Shown here: piece by piece, positions 59,785 through 64,000 of the stretch
Position numbering within the stretch: position 1 is the stretch's first letter
Layout of the letters: each line of letters opens with the position of its first letter
NCBI GenBank assembly: GCA_038065955.1
Contig: JBBTPY010000001.1
Coordinates: forward strand, 92,061 to 156,060
Reading direction: 5' to 3'
Length of the DNA stretch: 64,000 nt
DNA from: Patescibacteria group bacterium
Lineage (GTDB): Bacteria > Patescibacteriota > Minisyncoccia > UBA6257 > UBA9933
Program-made: the position numbers and the translations under genes
The notes under the pieces: generated by a model
Database searches by the model: none
What the model was told of the DNA's origin: nothing
Seen by the model: only the letters and a program-made list of their open reading frames with translations

Positions 59785-60231
59785 ATGAATAAAAATCGGA
59801 AAATATTCGTTAATCCCCGATTTGCCAGAAAAGGAGAATACAAGAAAGTAATTCAAAGTATCGTCGCCGACGGGAAATGTCCTTTTTGCCCGGAAAATTT
59901 TAAATACCACAAAAATCCGATTATTAAAAAAACTAAAAATTGGTTTATAACCAAATCAAGTTGGCCGTATAAAAACACAAAATATCACTTTTTGATAATC
60001 GGCAAAAAACACAAAGAAAAATTCAAAGATTTAACTTTAAAAGACTTCAAAGAAATAAAAAATCTTGCCGGCTGGACGATTAAAAAATTCAAAATAAAAG
60101 GCGGCGGTTTAACTCTCCGTTTTGGCGATACTAATCATACTGGGTCAACGGTAAATCATCTTCATTTTCATCTTATTATTCCAAAGTTAAAATCAAGAAA
60201 ATCTTTGCCGGTAAATTTTCCAATCGGATAA
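59785..60231 (+). CDS. HIT-family nucleotide hydrolase
   Basis: CPFC...HFLII...TVNHLHFHLI. Confidence 0.85.
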   Translation: MNKNRKIFVNPRFARKGEYKKVIQSIVADGKCPFCPENFKYHKNPIIKKTKNWFITKSSWPYKNTKYHFLIIGKKHKEKFKDLTLKDFKEIKNLAGWTIKKFKIKGGGLTLRFGDTNHTGSTVNHLHFHLIIPKLKSRKSLPVNFPIG

Positions 60232-60259
60232 GTTCATTAAAAAAAGCCCGGACACTTTT

Positions 60260-61117
60260 TCAAGCGCCGGGCAAATCTATCGGACAATAGATTATTTCCA
60301 CTTTCTTTGCTTTTAATATCTCTTCTCCATCTAAAGAGGCATGGCCAGAAGAAAAGAATAACCGTTTTATCCCCGCATTAGCCACCATATTGCTGCAAAT
60401 TGGGCAAGGAAAAACAGTTACATACAAATCTGTCCCTTTTAGCGATATTCCATCGCGAGCGGCGCCGGAAATTATGGCTTGTTCCGCATGAATAGCCGAA
60501 GAAAATTCGCTCATTTTTCCGGCCTCTATCACGTCTCGCGGGTCGCCATTAAAATAAGGAGCGTGTTCCGTTGGAAGATGCCTATTATACGCCAGAATAA
60601 CTTTTCCGTCTTTCACAAGCGCGGCTCCCACTTGCCTCCACCAATCGGAAGTTTTCTTAATCTCTCCCGCCGTTAAAGACATAAATTTCTTTGATATTGC
60701 GTCTTCAGCTTTACGATGATAATTAACGTCTTTTCTGGAAAATACCGATTTGGAGTCCCATCTTAAAAACGCGGTGTCAAAAGATATTTTTTCGCCCGGC
60801 AAATATTTTTCGGCGAATTTTCGGACAATTTCATCATTTACCAGAATTATTTCTTGTCTTTTTATCTTTTTTATTTCTGATAATGATTGCCGCGTCAAAA
60901 TCCTGTAAACGCGCCTTGCCCATCTCATTGGAACCAATACTTTCATCGCCTCAATTACATCGCAAGGCCGCAGTGCGCGAATATCGCGGATGTCGGAAAA
61001 TTCATTAACAAATTCTTCGCTTAAAATATACACCATATCAACTGTTTCCGCGTATTTCTTAAATACCGCCAAATAACCGGAATGAATAACCGGAATATGA
61101 GATATTAAAATTTTCAT
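60260..61117 (-). CDS. dCMP deaminase-family protein with extra N-terminal domain
   Basis: RQVGAAL, IHAEQA, PCPICS. Confidence 0.88.
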   Translation of the reverse strand: MKILISHIPVIHSGYLAVFKKYAETVDMVYILSEEFVNEFSDIRDIRALRPCDVIEAMKVLVPMRWARRVYRILTRQSLSEIKKIKRQEIILVNDEIVRKFAEKYLPGEKISFDTAFLRWDSKSVFSRKDVNYHRKAEDAISKKFMSLTAGEIKKTSDWWRQVGAALVKDGKVILAYNRHLPTEHAPYFNGDPRDVIEAGKMSEFSSAIHAEQAIISGAARDGISLKGTDLYVTVFPCPICSNMVANAGIKRLFFSSGHASLDGEEILKAKKVEIIYCPIDLPGA

Positions 61118-61677
61118 TTTAAATCCTCCGCCTTAAGCAATCCCAAATCTTTAAGTTGCTTAACCATCGGATTCAAAAATTCCCTCATAAACCGCCTAAT
61201 CATATTGGAAGTACTTGTTTCCGCTTGGCGCGGCAATATTTGCACCTCGTTGACGAATTTCTTAATATCTTCTATCTGTTCCGCTGAATAAGAATCTTCT
61301 ACCGTGACAAAAACATCGGGTTTTATAATTTTAAGCAACTCATACTGCCATTTTCCCTTATCGTCAACATCGTCAACCAATGTAACGATATCAACAAACG
61401 TAAAATAGCTAAGCATCTCCATTCTTTCTCTTTCTGGCACCATTGGCCTAAGCGGATCTTTGTATAATTTAATCGCTCTGTCACTATCCGTCCCCGCAAC
61501 TAATATATCCCCAAACTCTTTCGCTTTGCGCAAATAACGGCCGTGGCCGATATGCACCATATCCCATGAACCAATAGTGGCAACGATGCGCGCGCCCGCG
61601 AGTCTAAAACCCTCGGTTATTTTAGATAGAGCTTCCTGTCCAAGAATAACTTTCTTATTATGATCCCTAATAAACAT
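61114..61677 (-). CDS. HIGH-motif cytidylyl/adenylyltransferase (TagD/RfaE2/FAD synthetase-like)
   Basis: GSWDMVHIGHGRYLRKAK...GDILV...KPDV...SSTS-like. Confidence 0.87.
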   Translation of the reverse strand: MFIRDHNKKVILGQEALSKITEGFRLAGARIVATIGSWDMVHIGHGRYLRKAKEFGDILVAGTDSDRAIKLYKDPLRPMVPERERMEMLSYFTFVDIVTLVDDVDDKGKWQYELLKIIKPDVFVTVEDSYSAEQIEDIKKFVNEVQILPRQAETSTSNMIRRFMREFLNPMVKQLKDLGLLKAEDLK

Positions 61678-61689
61678 AATCCCTCCTTT

Positions 61690-62085
61690 TTACTTTTCAC
61701 CCGTTATTTCGCAGATGACATTTTTGAATTCTTCCAAATTGAACGGCTTCAGAATAATTCTTTTTATGCCGATATTCCTTGTTTCTTCGTTTTCTTCCAT
61801 ATAATGGTTGGCCGTCATAAGAATAACGGGGATGTTCGGATAATTTTCTTTCACGAACTTAGCCACTTCAAAACCGTTTTTTCCGGGAGACATGTTATAA
61901 TCGGTAATCACAAGGTCTATTGCCCCGTTTTCATTTAAAATCAATTTCGTTCCTTCTCTGCCTTCCGACGCTTCAAATACCTCCAAATCTTGAAACCCCA
62001 TATCCTTGATTATTCTTTTAACAATAAGTCTGACATTTTCTTCATCATCAATCACTAAAATTTTCATATCTTTTCCTCCTTTCAT
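61690..62085 (-). CDS. Stand-alone response regulator receiver
   Basis: ILVIDDE, TDYNMS, MTA, KPF. Confidence 0.88.
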   Translation of the reverse strand: MKGGKDMKILVIDDEENVRLIVKRIIKDMGFQDLEVFEASEGREGTKLILNENGAIDLVITDYNMSPGKNGFEVAKFVKENYPNIPVILMTANHYMEENEETRNIGIKRIILKPFNLEEFKNVICEITGEK

Positions 62086-62165
62086 TCAAAATTTCTTATA
62101 AAATTGTTAATTTTAAGACTCTTTGCGAGTCTTTCCTGCTCAAACAAATAACACGGATTTTTATA

Positions 62166-62777
62166 TTAGGCAAGAGGGGTTTTAAAACTTCTTCTGTGAA
62201 TGGGCGAAGGGCCGTATTTTTTGAGCGCTATGGCGTGTTTTTTCACGCCATAGCCAACATTATGAATAAAATCGTATCGCGGATATTTTTTATGAAGTTT
62301 TTTCATCAACTTGTCGCGATGGACTTTGGCGACAATAGAAGAGAGAGAAATCGCCGGAATTTTTTCGTCGCCTCGTATTACACATCTAACATCTGACATT
62401 TGACATTTGACATTAAAACGCAAACCGCCGTCTAAAAATATTTTTACCTTAGTGGCTAAACCCAGGTGGCTATTGGCTAATTTTTTAAACGCGCGGCCGG
62501 CCGCTAAATTGGCGGCTTGAGAGATATTGATTTTATCAATGATTTTCGGCGAAACCGACGCGATTGCGTAAGGAATTTTTTGTTTTTTAATAAAATCAAA
62601 CCAAGCTTCGCGCTGTTTCGGCGAAAGCTTTTTTGAATCCCTTAATTTTAGTTTGGAGTTTGGAGTTTTGAGTTTAGAATTTGCCTGAATAGCCGCGGCG
62701 GCAACGGTTACCGGTCCGGCAAGCGCTCCCCGCCCAACTTCATCAATACCAATAATAAAACCCGCCCTACTCTTCAT
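62166..62777 (-). CDS. rnhB: Ribonuclease HII
   Basis: GIDEVGRGALAGPV, DSKKL, GDE, SIVAKVHRD, IHRRSF. Confidence 0.96.
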   Translation of the reverse strand: MKSRAGFIIGIDEVGRGALAGPVTVAAAAIQANSKLKTPNSKLKLRDSKKLSPKQREAWFDFIKKQKIPYAIASVSPKIIDKINISQAANLAAGRAFKKLANSHLGLATKVKIFLDGGLRFNVKCQMSDVRCVIRGDEKIPAISLSSIVAKVHRDKLMKKLHKKYPRYDFIHNVGYGVKKHAIALKKYGPSPIHRRSFKTPLA

Positions 62778-63162
62778 TTATAATCTCCTGAACCTTTTTA
62801 ACCGTTATTTCCAAGTCTTCAAATTTTTTAAGATAACCGCTGGCGCCGAGATTTTTGGCAAAATGTTCATCAATACCCGCGCCGGCCATTGTCCCTCCTA
62901 AATTGGTCAAAAATACGGTTTTCGGTAATTTCCGGCCAAAACCTTTTTTAAGGCGCTCAAAAACTTCCAGTCCGTCAATTCCGGGCATTGAAATATCCAA
63001 AAGGATTAAATCCGGTTTTTCTTTAAAAACCTGTTTCAGAGATTCTTCGGGGTCAAAAAAACCTTTCACCTCAAAACCGGCATTTTTGAGCGCTGTTTCA
63101 AAAATACTCAAAAAGGAAGTTTCATCGTCAATAATTACTATTTTCTTTTTTTGATTATTCAT
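62767..63162 (-). CDS. Stand-alone response regulator receiver
   Basis: IIDDE, PDLILLDISMPGIDG, FLTN. Confidence 0.88.
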   Translation of the reverse strand: MNNQKKKIVIIDDETSFLSIFETALKNAGFEVKGFFDPEESLKQVFKEKPDLILLDISMPGIDGLEVFERLKKGFGRKLPKTVFLTNLGGTMAGAGIDEHFAKNLGASGYLKKFEDLEITVKKVQEIINEE

Positions 63163-63187
63163 AAAATATAATCTATTATCAATATTT

Positions 63188-64000
63188 TCATATTTTATTA
63201 AACAATCGTAATCGAGAACCGGCAACTTTTTTTATTTCTTCAATAACCGTAAGGAGTAATTTATACGGCACAATTTCTTCGGGTTTTTCAGTTAAGGCTT
63301 TTTCAATGCCTTTTCGCCAGGCCAAACGAAGTTCGGTATTGATATGAATAATTGAAATTCCGGCGGCAATCGCTTTTTTGAAATCATCATCCGAAATACC
63401 GGAGCCGCCGTGAAGCACGAGGGGAACGCCGGCCGCTTTCCTTAATTCTCTGATTCTTTCAATATCAAGATTCGGCTGGGGAGCGTTTTTAAGCATACCG
63501 TGTAAATTGCCCACCGCCGGCGCCAATAAATCAATTCCGGTTTCTTTAATAAATTGCGCCGCTTCTTCCGGTTTCGTCAAATCTTCATTTTTTATCGTGG
63601 CCTCTTTCGGAATCTCTTTTAAAATAACGGAGCTGGAACCAAGATAACCGAGTTCAGCCTCTACTAAAATTTCCGGATTGACGGATTTAACATATTCAAC
63701 CACTTCCTTTGTTTTTTTAATATTTTCTTCAATGAGCAATTTTCCGCCGTCAAAAAGCACGGCGTCAAAACCGGCTTCAACCGCCTCTTTTATTTTTTCG
63801 AAAGAATGAGTGTGGTCGGCGTTCAAAAAAATCGGATAATTAAATTCTTCTCTTATACTTTTAACGGCGTCTGCTATTCGTTTTGTCCCGATAAATTCGC
63901 GTTCTCCTTCGGAAACGCCGATAATTATCGGCAATTTTAACTCTTGAGCCGCCTGAAAAATTCCTTTCAGCGCCGCGCACTCGGAAACATTAAAATGGCC
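63188..64000 (-). CDS. fba: Class II fructose-bisphosphate aldolase (N-terminus outside the window)
   Basis: HFNVS, NADH, VEAELG, VGNLHG, LVLHGGSG, INTE. Confidence 0.93.
   Translation of the reverse strand, partial: GHFNVSECAALKGIFQAAQELKLPIIIGVSEGEREFIGTKRIADAVKSIREEFNYPIFLNADHTHSFEKIKEAVEAGFDAVLFDGGKLLIEENIKKTKEVVEYVKSVNPEILVEAELGYLGSSSVILKEIPKEATIKNEDLTKPEEAAQFIKETGIDLLAPAVGNLHGMLKNAPQPNLDIERIRELRKAAGVPLVLHGGSGISDDDFKKAIAAGISIIHINTELRLAWRKGIEKALTEKPEEIVPYKLLLTVIEEIKKVAGSRLRLFNKI

Overview
AT-rich, gene-dense bacterial chromosome segment, most likely Patescibacteria/CPR and Parcubacteria-like. This is inferred from the gene set, the scarcity of Shine-Dalgarno motifs, pilin-type surface proteins and a PaaX/Cas2-like gene; TGA is used as stop. 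It is mostly housekeeping: translation (rpsL-rpsG-fusA-rplM-rpsI-rplK, rplS, rpmB, infC-rpmI-rplT, rpsP-khpA-trmD, ileS, argS, gatB, miaA, smpB/tmRNA), lower glycolysis (gpmI, eno, ppsA, fba), recG, polX, rny, rnc, rnhB, clpP, nusA/nusB, 13 intact tRNAs, and the edge of a probable island at a tRNA-Leu. Four things stand out. (1) A free-standing ~320-nt intergenic RNA (41172-41493) joins a tRNA-elbow mimic to a recognisable copy of the 23S rRNA L1 stalk (H76-H78), and rplK in this window is not followed by rplA. (2) A complete tRNA-Ala(CGC) is nested inside the anticodon arm of a second, split tRNA-Ala. (3) A PaaX/Cas2-like gene is bracketed by 42-44 bp palindromes, with a gene-less third copy that shows the empty site of a MITE. 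(4) Several families of short palindromic or tandem repeats are inserted in frame into more than a dozen core enzymes. All calls come from reading the sequence by eye; no database search or folding program was run.
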